Of a DNA stretch of 64,000 nt, positions 20,333-30,228 are shown one piece after another (the first letter of the stretch is position 1; every line of letters begins with the position of its first letter). This DNA comes from Bacteroidia bacterium. GTDB lineage: Bacteria; Bacteroidota; Bacteroidia; Bacteroidales; Prolixibacteraceae. The translations under genes and the position numbers were made by a program. The notes under the pieces are model-generated. The model searched no databases, had not been told where the DNA came from, and worked only from the letters and a program-made list of their open reading frames with translations. The DNA lies in contig JAPLDT010000088.1 in NCBI GenBank assembly GCA_026391315.1, positions 6,222-70,221 of the forward strand, in the 5' to 3' direction.

Positions 20333-21214
20333 TTATTTAACTGAGTCATTATAACAAAGCACTAACCCTTTTGACAAGGGTAAGAATTTAAAATCTGGGA
20401 ATGCAGAATAAGAAGAAGAAATATTGAATGCACGATAACCGTTGTGTGGCATTGGCCCTACGCGTATTGTTTGCTTTATTTGAGAATTTTTGCCTGATAA
20501 CCGCACTGATAGTTCTGCAATATCCCTGAATGATATCACTTCTCCGGTTGCAACATTGAGAATGCCGTTACTACAATGTAATAGTACCCGGCTTACTAAT
20601 TCTGCAACATCATCCACGTACACGTGATCGCGGAGTTCTTCACCCTCTCCAAAAAGTATAATGTCTTCACCTTTAGCAACTAGTCTTAGGAAACGATTGG
20701 GGCCGTATCCGTTGTGGGGATCCTCACTTCCATATATCAATGTTGGTCTAATGAAACAAAGTGGACCCGAATAAGCATTAGAAAGCATAACTTCTCTTGC
20801 AAGATGCATAATGCCATGTAGAGTGCCAGGTTGAGCACAAGAACTTTCGGTGAGAGGTAAATTGCTATCAGCATAAACTGCATCTGAACTAATATAGACA
20901 ACATGGTGAACAGGAGACAGTCTTAAAGCTTCACAAACTGATTCACACATGTGAAGATTTTCTATCAGCATCGATTCTGTTTTAACCGGAGCTTTGGCAG
21001 CAACAAACAAGAGTGCATCATCCGCATGTAAAAGATTTGCAAGTTTTGTTCCTGCACCCTGATGTGTCAGATCCAACATATCTTGGGTTAGTGGCAGTAC
21101 ATTTGTATTTAAAGCCTCAAGTTTATGCTGAATAGCCGAAGATACAAAACCCCCTGCGCCAAGAATGACGATACGAGCAGGTGAAACAGGTTTATTGTGA
21201 AAATGAGTTATCAT
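20333..21214 (-). CDS. NAD-dependent epimerase/dehydratase (extended SDR)
   Basis: 293 aa. It has the ILGAGGFVSSAI Rossmann motif and an SSDAVY...catalytic region. Confidence 0.75.
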   Translation of the reverse strand: MITHFHNKPVSPARIVILGAGGFVSSAIQHKLEALNTNVLPLTQDMLDLTHQGAGTKLANLLHADDALLFVAAKAPVKTESMLIENLHMCESVCEALRLSPVHHVVYISSDAVYADSNLPLTESSCAQPGTLHGIMHLAREVMLSNAYSGPLCFIRPTLIYGSEDPHNGYGPNRFLRLVAKGEDIILFGEGEELRDHVYVDDVAELVSRVLLHCSNGILNVATGEVISFRDIAELSVRLSGKNSQIKQTIRVGPMPHNGYRAFNISSSYSAFPDFKFLPLSKGLVLCYNDSVK

Positions 21215-21222
21215 TTTTATGG

Positions 21223-22542
21223 TTATTTTTTTACTGAGGCACCTAATGTTGCATATATGAACCCTTTTGCATTTAAGTAGTCCCCGTCCAGCATCTTGTA
21301 TGGATCAATTATTATTTTGCCTGTCATGGTCTTTTCAATAATTTCGGTAGAAATAGACCGAAACTCTGGCCATGGGGTAAGTATAGCTAAAACATCAGCT
21401 CCTTTTATCGCATCAATAGCACTGATTTTTCTCACAACATATTGTCCGGCAGCTTCGGGAGGAGCCGCAGGATCGTAAGCCAGAACCTTACGATCAGACA
21501 AATGTTTTAAAAACTCCAAAGAGGGGGAGTTTTTAAGTGAGTGTGTATTCTCCTTGTACGTAAGTCCTAAGACCGAGATTGTTATATTCTTTTTTTTGTC
21601 AAGTCCAAGTTGCTGAAATGTTTTCCAAGGCCAATCTTTTCTGTGGTAAGAATTTTTCACCCAGGATTGAACTACTCCTCCGTCTGTATTGTGTTTTTCA
21701 GCATAGCGCAGTACTGTCTCAAGGTCTCTTTCCAAATTGCCCCCTGAGATGCCCAGTCCAGGAGTTAAATAGGAATATTGACCAATTCGTTTATCCAGAC
21801 GAAGTGCAGGAACGATTTCTGACCAATCTGCTCCAATATTTTCACAGATTTCAGCTAAAGTATTTGCCGTTGTAACTGATGCTACCAGGCACATATTGAT
21901 AGATATTTTTGCCAGTTCAGCACTTTCGTAACGCATTGGAAGAATTGGACAACTGAATGCCTGTAAATAATTGAGAAATCGTTTATCTATTGGAAGAGCA
22001 GGGTTCGCGCATCCAATTATATATCTCTCAGGGTACATGGCACGTTCAACTGCCCGACCAAAGATGAGCGTTTCAACTTGGTAGAAGAGCTGATTTTCAG
22101 GCCACTTAATCTGCCGCGAAAAACCAGGTGGAACCTGGCAGAGGATTACCAATAGCGTTTCTTTGTGCATAATCGCAGTAGCCATATCAATCATTGAATG
22201 AATAGGCGTTAAATCGCTTACCCCATGATCATTGGTTGGTACATCAACAGCAATATAAACGATATCACATTGGTTAAGAATTTTTGGATCTGCGCTAAAA
22301 GTGATTTTACTTTGATTTTCAGTTAAAAGTTCAGTTAATCCGGGTTCCAACACATGAGGGATAGAACTATTTAACTGATTGATTAATTCTAAATCGTTAT
22401 GATATCCTATTATGTTAAATCCGTACGCAGCACCCGCAACAGCTGAGTTAAGTCCCAGATGTGTAAGTCCTGCAAAGCCAACAATAGGCTTTGTAAAATC
22501 GGAATTTTCAGGACTAGTATTGTTTTTTGATATAGGAAACAT
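21223..22542 (-). CDS. Nucleotide-sugar dehydrogenase (UDP-glucose/GDP-mannose dehydrogenase family)
   Basis: 439 aa. It has an N-terminal dinucleotide fold (VGFAGLTHLGL), a central helical domain and a C-terminal LGLTYKENT motif. Confidence 0.8.
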   Translation of the reverse strand: MFPISKNNTSPENSDFTKPIVGFAGLTHLGLNSAVAGAAYGFNIIGYHNDLELINQLNSSIPHVLEPGLTELLTENQSKITFSADPKILNQCDIVYIAVDVPTNDHGVSDLTPIHSMIDMATAIMHKETLLVILCQVPPGFSRQIKWPENQLFYQVETLIFGRAVERAMYPERYIIGCANPALPIDKRFLNYLQAFSCPILPMRYESAELAKISINMCLVASVTTANTLAEICENIGADWSEIVPALRLDKRIGQYSYLTPGLGISGGNLERDLETVLRYAEKHNTDGGVVQSWVKNSYHRKDWPWKTFQQLGLDKKKNITISVLGLTYKENTHSLKNSPSLEFLKHLSDRKVLAYDPAAPPEAAGQYVVRKISAIDAIKGADVLAILTPWPEFRSISTEIIEKTMTGKIIIDPYKMLDGDYLNAKGFIYATLGASVKK

Positions 22543-22548
22543 TTAGTT

Positions 22549-23466
22549 CTATTTTAGTGATAAACCTAGTTGCCGAAGATTGGTTTGTAGCCATAGATCA
22601 TTTGAGAGATCGGTAACAATACCTGATTCAACAAGTTGTTTGAAATGATTGTATTCAGCTTCCCATGTCGGATCATCTTGAACCAACGTAATTTTTATTT
22701 CTGGTGGCCTGCCGGAGGGCAATACGCGTACCCGGTGTGAAAAAGTAGTGGGGCCCCATTTGCACAAAGACTCAATATGAGCAGTACCATTTTCTGCCAA
22801 GATATCGCATGTAAAGTGATTTTTCCACATACATAACGTCATTTCCAATTCAATACGGGGCAGATTCTTTTCCGAGCTAATAATAATATGATCTGAGGCA
22901 AGGTTTTCAAACCGATGAGCAGCAGTCAATTTAAATTTACCTAAATCATTCCCAAACCAAAAACGGCAAGTGTCAAGCAAATGCGATCCAAGATCTGGCA
23001 GAACGCCATCCCCCTGATCACGCCAATTGCTGTCGCGCACCAATCTTGCCGTACCATTGCCATAAAACATGCGGCACGAATAGATTTTGCCAAGTTTTCC
23101 TGATGCTATCAGTTCACGCATCTGAATAAAATGCGGTTCAAAGCGATGGTTGTAAGCTGTATAGCAAAGCTTTTTTTTTGATCTTGCCAATTGTTCTATT
23201 TCTGTAATATCCTTGTCATTTACAGCCCAGAGAGGTTTCTCAACTAGAACATGTTTGTCATTTTCCAAGGCGTAACGCAACAATTCAATTTTAGGTTCAT
23301 CCGGAATGCATGCAAGAACAGCATCATAACTGTTAATCGGCACATCAGCTATATGACGGTATTCCGCCTCAGGATTGACCGGATCTACACTGGCAACAAA
23401 ATCTTTACCAGCGAATTTACGACGTTTGTAACCTTGAACACCCAGGCCTGCAACAATTACTCTCAT
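22549..23466 (-). CDS. Gfo/Idh/MocA-family oxidoreductase
   Basis: 305 aa. It shows MRVIVAGLGVQG and a VLVEKPL motif. Confidence 0.8.
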   Translation of the reverse strand: MRVIVAGLGVQGYKRRKFAGKDFVASVDPVNPEAEYRHIADVPINSYDAVLACIPDEPKIELLRYALENDKHVLVEKPLWAVNDKDITEIEQLARSKKKLCYTAYNHRFEPHFIQMRELIASGKLGKIYSCRMFYGNGTARLVRDSNWRDQGDGVLPDLGSHLLDTCRFWFGNDLGKFKLTAAHRFENLASDHIIISSEKNLPRIELEMTLCMWKNHFTCDILAENGTAHIESLCKWGPTTFSHRVRVLPSGRPPEIKITLVQDDPTWEAEYNHFKQLVESGIVTDLSNDLWLQTNLRQLGLSLK

Positions 23467-25028
23467 TTTACCTCACTGGTTTTGTAACTAACCATTTTTT
23501 CTACAACATCAATTTTTGCCAATAGGTTTTCAGGTTTGATCGGGATGTTCCCATCAAATTCGCATTCGCAGGCAGCCGCCATGGATCCTAGAATTCCAGC
23601 CATCACCAATGAATTTGTTGCCATCATCGTCAATGTTGAATAAGCGAGTAGTGCATCGCCCGCGCCAACAGCATCAACAACATTACTTGCAAAGGAGTCG
23701 ATAGAAAAGGAAGGTGTTTCCAGATTTCCATTTTGGGCAGCGACACAGAAGATTCCACGATCCCCTAATTTTAGTATCAGATTTTGATAATTACAGGCAT
23801 CCAGTAAGAAAGTTGCTAGTCTGCCAACTCCGGAATCTTGATTGGCCAAAGCAAAACGGGCTTCACGTTCATTTGGTGTAATTAAATCAAATTCCTTGAA
23901 CTCAGTAATATTGCCCCATCGACTAGCAACCTGGCTATCTGCGACTTTAAAAGCTCCTGCAGGTATAGCCTGGGTTAGAGCAGAAATGCTTATTCGATTG
24001 AAAATTCCATGACGAAAATCGCTAAAAACTATGGCATCAGCTAGAGAGTTTTGAACTGACGAGGTTAATTTCTGAAGTATCTCTTCTGATATTGGACTGT
24101 TATCCAAAGTGTCAATTTTAAGAAGCCTATAGCCTCCAGAGATTATGGCATTCTTTTGAGTTGTAGGACGGTTTGGGTCTATGATAGGAATGATTTCAAC
24201 TCCTGACTCTTTCAATCCTTCAATGACAAAGTCTTTCAACCTATCATTCCCTAAAACCGTTGAAAAAGTAACCTGTGCTCCGGCTGCTCGCAGATGCTGG
24301 GCTACTATACCTGCACCACCAATGTAATCATCTTGTCCCTGATAGAGGACACTAAAGGTTGGTGTCTTAGTTTGGCCACCTATGAAAGTTGTCCGTGTAT
24401 AAGAATCAACAATTGTATCTCCAACTACGTGTACATGGTAATTCGATAATTTTGATACAGTATCACGTAAGCTGTCGAAACTAATCTTATTAATCTGCAT
24501 CAATAGTAAAAGTTTCTCAAGCTGGACTTGTGGAAGGGAGAGATTTAAAAATTTCGAGGATGAGTAAACGACATCTCCTGGAGTAAATATCATTTGACCA
24601 CCGTAACCTTCAACTACGTCTGCCTCTTCTTGTGTTGCCGGAGGTAATCCTGTTGAAGTGTATTCGAAGCCTTTGGCAAAATAATCCGGTTTGAGTTCTT
24701 TTAGATTCATGAGAGGTGTTTCCTGGTCATCAATCATCACATAATCGACCATCTCGAAAGCAGCAAGATTCAATGCCCTTAGTCCTTCAGGAATATGAGG
24801 GCGATAGATCCCCTTTTTAATATGACGATCAGCAGTGATAGAGGCTATCAAAATATCAGCTTTTGTTTTTGCATAAGCCAGATGTCTAACATGACCTGGA
24901 TGAACGACATCAAAAACACCATGACAAAGTATAACCTTTTTTTGTCTGGGGAAGGGGCCAATTAAAGCTATTAATTCTAAAGGTGTTTTTAGTTTGTAGC
25001 GGTATTTTTCAAAAAATTCGACTGTCAT
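23463..25028 (-). CDS. Bifunctional heptose-1-phosphate nucleotidyltransferase / heptose-7-phosphate kinase (HldE-like, domain order reversed)
   Basis: 521 aa. The N-terminal cytidylyltransferase-like domain has CHGVFDVVHPGHVRHL (HxGH). The C-terminal PfkB ribokinase-like domain has VDAVGAGDALLA. It is clustered with gmhA and gmhB. Confidence 0.75.
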   Translation of the reverse strand: MTVEFFEKYRYKLKTPLELIALIGPFPRQKKVILCHGVFDVVHPGHVRHLAYAKTKADILIASITADRHIKKGIYRPHIPEGLRALNLAAFEMVDYVMIDDQETPLMNLKELKPDYFAKGFEYTSTGLPPATQEEADVVEGYGGQMIFTPGDVVYSSSKFLNLSLPQVQLEKLLLLMQINKISFDSLRDTVSKLSNYHVHVVGDTIVDSYTRTTFIGGQTKTPTFSVLYQGQDDYIGGAGIVAQHLRAAGAQVTFSTVLGNDRLKDFVIEGLKESGVEIIPIIDPNRPTTQKNAIISGGYRLLKIDTLDNSPISEEILQKLTSSVQNSLADAIVFSDFRHGIFNRISISALTQAIPAGAFKVADSQVASRWGNITEFKEFDLITPNEREARFALANQDSGVGRLATFLLDACNYQNLILKLGDRGIFCVAAQNGNLETPSFSIDSFASNVVDAVGAGDALLAYSTLTMMATNSLVMAGILGSMAAACECEFDGNIPIKPENLLAKIDVVEKMVSYKTSEVK

Positions 25029-25038
25029 TTTGTATAAA

Positions 25039-26037
25039 TTATTTATTTCCCATATATTGAAACCATGTTTCTGTTGCTTTCCCTATTGATTCAGGATTCC
25101 AAAGAGGGGCATCTTTCCAGTTTTCGATTTCGGCCACCATTTTTGAAACTCCTAATTCAAAAGGAACCGTGGGTTTCCATCCTAGTTCAGATGTAATTTT
25201 ACTTATATCTGCCCAGGTGCAATCAGGTTCACCCGGACGCTTAGGAACATAGACAACTTCACCCCCAAGCAATTCAACTAGTCGGTTAACAGATTGGGGT
25301 GCATCGGCACCAACATTGTAAATCTGACCCACTCTTTGTGTTTGTGCTGTTGCCAGAAATGCTTTGGCAATATCGGTTACATAAATGAAATCCCTTGTTT
25401 GATTACCGTCACCTACAACGGTATAAGGTTTCCCGGCAAGTTTTTGTTTAAAAAATACTCCGAAAACTGCACCATATGCGCCAGTGGTGCGCACACGAGT
25501 TCCATAAGCATTAAATATTCTGATCGAATTGACAGGTAATCCATATACATTGTGCCAATGAAAGACGGCCTGTTCTCCCTGGTATTTGCTTAGTGCATAA
25601 GGGTAGAGAGGCTGAATAGGATGGTCTTCCCTTGTTGGTGTATTTGCAAGTCCGTAACATGAAGAAGAAGCTGCATAAACAAACTTGTTTATCCTCGCAA
25701 AGCGGGAAGCTTCCAATACCCGCACTGTGCCTTGGATATTTGTTTGCATATAGGCAATTGGTTGTTCTATTGAAGGGACAATATCACCTATCCCTGCAAA
25801 GTGAAAGACAAAATTTGCGCCTTTAAAAAGTGTGCTGCCTGATTCCAGATTGCAGATATCAGCTTGTTCAAAGTTCAATCGCGAATCATTTGCATGGTGG
25901 GCCAAATTTCGTTCATGACCACCTGAAAGGTTATCAATTACCCGAACTTCAATATCATTTTCAAGTAACAGATCAACCATGTGGCTGCCAATAAAACCGG
26001 CACCACCAGTGACTACCGCAATTTTTTTCGTACTCAT
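25039..26037 (-). CDS. NAD-dependent nucleotide-sugar epimerase/dehydratase (extended SDR)
   Basis: 332 aa. It shows VTGGAGFIGSHMVDLL and YALSKYQGE (YxxxK). Confidence 0.8.
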   Translation of the reverse strand: MSTKKIAVVTGGAGFIGSHMVDLLLENDIEVRVIDNLSGGHERNLAHHANDSRLNFEQADICNLESGSTLFKGANFVFHFAGIGDIVPSIEQPIAYMQTNIQGTVRVLEASRFARINKFVYAASSSCYGLANTPTREDHPIQPLYPYALSKYQGEQAVFHWHNVYGLPVNSIRIFNAYGTRVRTTGAYGAVFGVFFKQKLAGKPYTVVGDGNQTRDFIYVTDIAKAFLATAQTQRVGQIYNVGADAPQSVNRLVELLGGEVVYVPKRPGEPDCTWADISKITSELGWKPTVPFELGVSKMVAEIENWKDAPLWNPESIGKATETWFQYMGNK

Positions 26038-27041
26038 TTTGCTTGAAGTCTTTTTAAACGGCGCACATTAAAATAAAAATCATCTTCAAAACTGTTCGGG
26101 AGTTTTCCTTCCTTGAAAGCATGGCAAAGATCCCGGATTGCCTCTTCAATGGAGTGATTGGGCTGGAATCCAAGAATTCGTTTAATCTTATCAGAATTTA
26201 TATGATAAGAGCGATTATCATCACTAGGTGTAGTAACAATTTCAATTTCATTACGATCCGGGAATTCCTCTTGAACCACCTTCTTTACCAAATGTGCAAT
26301 GTCCATGATGGACATGTTTTGGTATCCAACATTGAATGTCTCGTTTTGTATCTTTTCAGAAGGCGCATTTAACAACATCTCAACTGTGTCGCAATAATCT
26401 TGTACATGAAGATTGGGCCTTAATTGATCACCTCCAAAAACGGTGATTTTGTTTTTGTTTACAGCATGATTTGTAAGAATATTTACTGACAAGTCAAGGC
26501 GCTGGCGAGGTGCAAAACCACATACCGTAGCCGGCCTAAAAATTACTCCAATAAAATTATCGTCCGTATGTTTCTTTAATAGAGGTTCACACATTCCCTT
26601 GTACTTATTGTAAAGAGTCAGGGGCACCAAAGGATGATCTTCTGTTACATTGGGCTTGTCGGAAACTCCATATACTGAACTGGATGATGCATATATAAAT
26701 CTTTTGATCCCCGCTTGCTTAGCTGCTACAACCATCGGCTCAAATGCATCAAGATTGACGCTTGTTGATAGCTTTTCGTCCAGTTCAAAACTTGCATCAT
26801 TTGAGATACAAGCCAGGCTCACAAAAGCGTCATGCCCAGCACAGGATGCTAAAATTTTTGCTGTATCGCGTATATCACCTTGAATTATTGTAAGATTTGG
26901 ATTATCTGTTGGCAAAAAATCTTTCCCAAAATATTGAATGTCATAAACGGTTACTTTATAACCATGTGATAAAAGTTGAGGTACCAATAAGCTGCCGCAA
27001 AAGCCTGCACCTCCAGTGATAAATATTGATTTAAAAAGCAT
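26034..27041 (-). CDS. NAD-dependent nucleotide-sugar epimerase/dehydratase (extended SDR)
   Basis: 335 aa. It shows ITGGAGFCGSLLV and YNKYKGMCE (YxxxK). It has a 4-nt overlap with the downstream gene. Confidence 0.8.
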   Translation of the reverse strand: MLFKSIFITGGAGFCGSLLVPQLLSHGYKVTVYDIQYFGKDFLPTDNPNLTIIQGDIRDTAKILASCAGHDAFVSLACISNDASFELDEKLSTSVNLDAFEPMVVAAKQAGIKRFIYASSSSVYGVSDKPNVTEDHPLVPLTLYNKYKGMCEPLLKKHTDDNFIGVIFRPATVCGFAPRQRLDLSVNILTNHAVNKNKITVFGGDQLRPNLHVQDYCDTVEMLLNAPSEKIQNETFNVGYQNMSIMDIAHLVKKVVQEEFPDRNEIEIVTTPSDDNRSYHINSDKIKRILGFQPNHSIEEAIRDLCHAFKEGKLPNSFEDDFYFNVRRLKRLQAK

Positions 27042-27073
27042 AGAGTTTTTTTTAATTATTTTTCTTAATTGAG

Positions 27074-27799
27074 TTATTTTAGGTCGATAGTGAAACTTGC
27101 TGTTTTGGCGTCATTATAAAACATCTTGACCGTATCAAGCGAATACTCATCCAAATCATAACCAACCAAGGCTAATTTCTTAAGGATGTCGTTGGTGACA
27201 GTAATAATTTGGCATCCTATCTGGTCTGCATGGAAAATGTTCAAAAGCTCCCGAGGACTTGCCCAAATGACTTCTGCCTTTGGTTTCTGTTTGGTTATTT
27301 CAACTACTGATTTCATAAGAGGCAGAGGATCAACACCGGTATCGGCGATACGTCCGGCAAAAACAGAAACATAAGAGGAAACCTCAGGATTCAGATTAGA
27401 AACGACATCCTGCACCTGATTTAATGTCATCATGGCAGTAATATTTAGTTTAACGCCACTGTCACTTAGGTCTTTAATTAAATATTTTGCAGATATTCTT
27501 TGGGTGTTTGTGATAGGAATTTTTACATATACATTATCCCCCCAGGTGGAAATCTTCAATGCCTGACGTTTCATTTCATCAAAATCATCAGAAAAGACCT
27601 CGAAGGAGAGTGGCTTATCTGTTATAATTTGTAAAATATCTTTTGCAAAATACTCATAATTGGTGATGCCTGCCTTTTTCATCAAAGTTGGGTTTGTTGT
27701 TAACCCCTTGATAAATGGCTTGTTATACATTTCAATCATGCCGTTTTTATCGGCACCGTCGGCAAAGATTTTCACTTTGAGTTTGCTAATTTCAATCAT
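27074..27799 (-). CDS. Transaldolase / fructose-6-phosphate aldolase family (short TalC/Fsa type)
   Basis: 241 aa. It shows IFADGAD, GLTTNPTL and VYVKIP (Schiff-base lysine context). Confidence 0.8.
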   Translation of the reverse strand: MIEISKLKVKIFADGADKNGMIEMYNKPFIKGLTTNPTLMKKAGITNYEYFAKDILQIITDKPLSFEVFSDDFDEMKRQALKISTWGDNVYVKIPITNTQRISAKYLIKDLSDSGVKLNITAMMTLNQVQDVVSNLNPEVSSYVSVFAGRIADTGVDPLPLMKSVVEITKQKPKAEVIWASPRELLNIFHADQIGCQIITVTNDILKKLALVGYDLDEYSLDTVKMFYNDAKTASFTIDLK

Positions 27800-28335
27800 A
27801 ACATTAATTTATTTGTAAGTATATAGTTAACAGCTTTTTGTAATGATTTGACAGTGGCTTCGGGATTTAATGGGCGACTTTCAGCGTATTGTCTATCAAT
27901 AAAAATCGATTTGCATCCGGCTCTCTGTCCCGCCACAACATCGCTTGCTCTATCTCCTACCATGTAACTTTTACCGAGATCAATTTTGTGTTTTTCGGCT
28001 GCAGCAAGTAACATGCCCGGATTAGGTTTCCGACAATTGCATCCTTCATCCTGACGATGGGGACACAGAAATACGTCATCTATTTTTGTTTTATCGAAGA
28101 GCTTCTTGTGCATTGATTCCACGATGGAAAGTGCAACAAATCCATTTCCAATATCCGGTTGATTTGTTACAACAATGACTTTAAATCCGGCTTGTTGAAG
28201 AAGATTAACTAAATGATGAGAATTAGGCATCAAAATGAAATTCTTTAGTTCACGGGGGGCATAAGACTTGCCATTGCGAACAAATGTTCTGCAAAGTACG
28301 CCGTCACGATCTAAGAATACAGCAGGACTAAGCAT
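27796..28335 (-). CDS. gmhB: D-glycero-D-manno-heptose 1,7-bisphosphate phosphatase (HAD)
   Basis: I start it at the internal Met (MLSPAVFLDRDGVL, the HAD motif I). It also has VVTNQPDIG, the Zn-finger-like CPHRQDEGCNCRKPNPGM, and MVGDRASD. The ORF track extends it to 28383. Confidence 0.8.
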   Translation of the reverse strand: MLSPAVFLDRDGVLCRTFVRNGKSYAPRELKNFILMPNSHHLVNLLQQAGFKVIVVTNQPDIGNGFVALSIVESMHKKLFDKTKIDDVFLCPHRQDEGCNCRKPNPGMLLAAAEKHKIDLGKSYMVGDRASDVVAGQRAGCKSIFIDRQYAESRPLNPEATVKSLQKAVNYILTNKLML

Positions 28336-28339
28336 TGAA

Positions 28340-28930
28340 TTACCATTTTGTGGCCTGGATTTGAAGAGCAGGATGAGAGACAAGGCAGTGCCATATGACG
28401 GCTTGAAAAGCTTCGCTGTGAGGAGTTACTAATCTATCATCAACTACTGGAACAAGTACAACAACATCTCCGGTCATTTTGGTATAACCACCATCGCGTC
28501 CTACAATCCCAAAGATTTTGGCCTTTTTTTCTTTTGCCAAGTCAATCGCTTTGATCAGATTTACACTTACTTTTTTTTCAGCATTTCCACCTCCAACTGA
28601 CAAAATAAATATAGCATCTTTTGCTTTAAGTTTACTCCCAATTAACCAGCCTGCTAAAGCGCCATCCCATCCTTCATCGTTGATCCTTGCTGTGAGTTCA
28701 GATACATTGTCCGTGGGTGCATAAGTTTCAATACCACAGAGCTTACGAAAATCATTCACAGCATGAGAACAGTTAGCTGCACTACCGCCGACTCCAAGGA
28801 GGAATAGCCTGCCATTCCTTTCTCTCAAATTGATTAGCTCATTGGCAAGTGATTCAATCTGTTGTTTATCAATTAGGCCAGCGATTGTCTGAACTTGTTC
28901 GAAATATTGGTGAATGTGGTTGTTTTGCAT
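28340..28930 (-). CDS. gmhA: SIS-domain sedoheptulose-7-phosphate isomerase
   Basis: 196 aa. It shows LFLLGVGGSAANCSHAVNDF and ILSVGGG. Confidence 0.8.
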   Translation of the reverse strand: MQNNHIHQYFEQVQTIAGLIDKQQIESLANELINLRERNGRLFLLGVGGSAANCSHAVNDFRKLCGIETYAPTDNVSELTARINDEGWDGALAGWLIGSKLKAKDAIFILSVGGGNAEKKVSVNLIKAIDLAKEKKAKIFGIVGRDGGYTKMTGDVVVLVPVVDDRLVTPHSEAFQAVIWHCLVSHPALQIQATKW

Positions 28931-29006
28931 AATTATTTGGATAAGATTTAGTTGTCAACTACAAATTTGGAGAAAGGAGAACCATGTGTAATTACTAATG
29001 GGAAGA

Positions 29007-29036
29007 TTTCACGAATTTAGACGAATTACACGAACG
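29007..29036 (-). repeat. ACGAAT-triplet motif
   Basis: The plus strand reads TTTCACGAATTTAGACGAATTACACGAACG. It lies 76 nt upstream of the gmhA start. Confidence 0.9.
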
Positions 29037-29042
29037 CTTTGA

Positions 29043-30167
29043 TCAGACTTTTTCCATCCATTTTTTCTTGAGTGGTTCGATGAAGCCTTTCCCAAAAACA
29101 ATTCCAGTTCCAATGACTCCCCCAAAAAAGAGCCAGATAAAAAGGATCATCGGTTTATTGGGCTTGGATTTCTCACTTGGAACGGTCACTGGCTCAATAA
29201 TCGTAAATACCGGTGTATCTTTTTTGACCTGTATTTTGGCTTGCTCCAATTGTTTGGCCAATTCCTGAAACACACTAAATGCAATGGTGTATTTTGATTG
29301 GATACGGTCGAGTTCAATGCGCGGCAGGCCACTGGTGAAATTTTTGTTGCGATCGGTTACCAGGGCGAGACTGACCTGCGCTTTCTCGAATTCGGCTTTG
29401 ATTTCGTTGTAACGCCGCTGAATAAAGTCGAGGTTGGCCTTGGCTTTTTCGATTTTGAATTCAGTGATGGAATTCTGCAACAGGTTCTGTGCTTTTTGAG
29501 CCAACTGCGCAGCAATTAATGGTTCAGACATTTGAGTGGTCAAAGTCAAATACCCTTCCTTAGCGTTTACATTCAATGAAACTATTCCATCTAATGCTTT
29601 TTTCAAAGCATACTGATCATTCGTAAGTAAAATGAGCTGGTTAACCAATCCATCCGCAAGGGATAATTCTTTTGGTTTTCCTTTGATAGCGCTGATTAAC
29701 AGACCCGGGAGGCCAATGGTGTATTTCTGAATTGAACCAAGTATGGTTGGCTTGCTGTATTTGGTGTAATAATCGAAAAGGGTAATGGGTTTTGCATAAT
29801 CCTGAAAATTTAGCGGGGTATTCATCAGTTCGAGCTGAAAGGGAATGCTTTTAACGATTTGTGGATAAATCATGGGTGAGAGATCCGCCCCGGGAGTGGC
29901 ATCGAGGCTGATTCCTGCCAGGGCAGCCAATCCGCCCAGTCCGCCCATTCTAGATTGACTGTCGCCTGATTGAGGTACCATCACGGTAGTAGCAGTAAAT
30001 TCGTTGGGTGTAGAAATGGCAATTACAATTCCCAGTATTGCCCCGCAAAGAACTGAATAAAGGATGATTTTCCTGCCGTTCCACATGGTGTGGGCTAGGG
30101 CAAGCAGGTCGATTTCGTCAGGATCGCTGTTTGGGGGAGGGGTGGGTATTTGGGTTTCTTTTTCCAT
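29043..30167 (-). CDS. wzz: Chain-length determinant protein (Wzz family)
   Basis: 374 aa. It has an N-terminal TM segment (ILYSVLCGAILGIVIAI), a long coiled periplasmic region and a C-terminal TM segment (MILFIWLFFGGVIGTGIVF). Confidence 0.75.
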   Translation of the reverse strand: MEKETQIPTPPPNSDPDEIDLLALAHTMWNGRKIILYSVLCGAILGIVIAISTPNEFTATTVMVPQSGDSQSRMGGLGGLAALAGISLDATPGADLSPMIYPQIVKSIPFQLELMNTPLNFQDYAKPITLFDYYTKYSKPTILGSIQKYTIGLPGLLISAIKGKPKELSLADGLVNQLILLTNDQYALKKALDGIVSLNVNAKEGYLTLTTQMSEPLIAAQLAQKAQNLLQNSITEFKIEKAKANLDFIQRRYNEIKAEFEKAQVSLALVTDRNKNFTSGLPRIELDRIQSKYTIAFSVFQELAKQLEQAKIQVKKDTPVFTIIEPVTVPSEKSKPNKPMILFIWLFFGGVIGTGIVFGKGFIEPLKKKWMEKV

Positions 30168-30177
30168 AATAAGACAA

Positions 30178-30207
30178 TTTCACGAATTAAAACGAATGAC
30201 ACGAACG
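30178..30207 (-). repeat. ACGAAT-triplet motif
   Basis: The plus strand reads TTTCACGAATTAAAACGAATGACACGAACG. It lies 10 nt upstream of the wzz start codon. Confidence 0.9.
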
Positions 30208-30228
30208 GGTCGAGGATCGATTTGAGGA

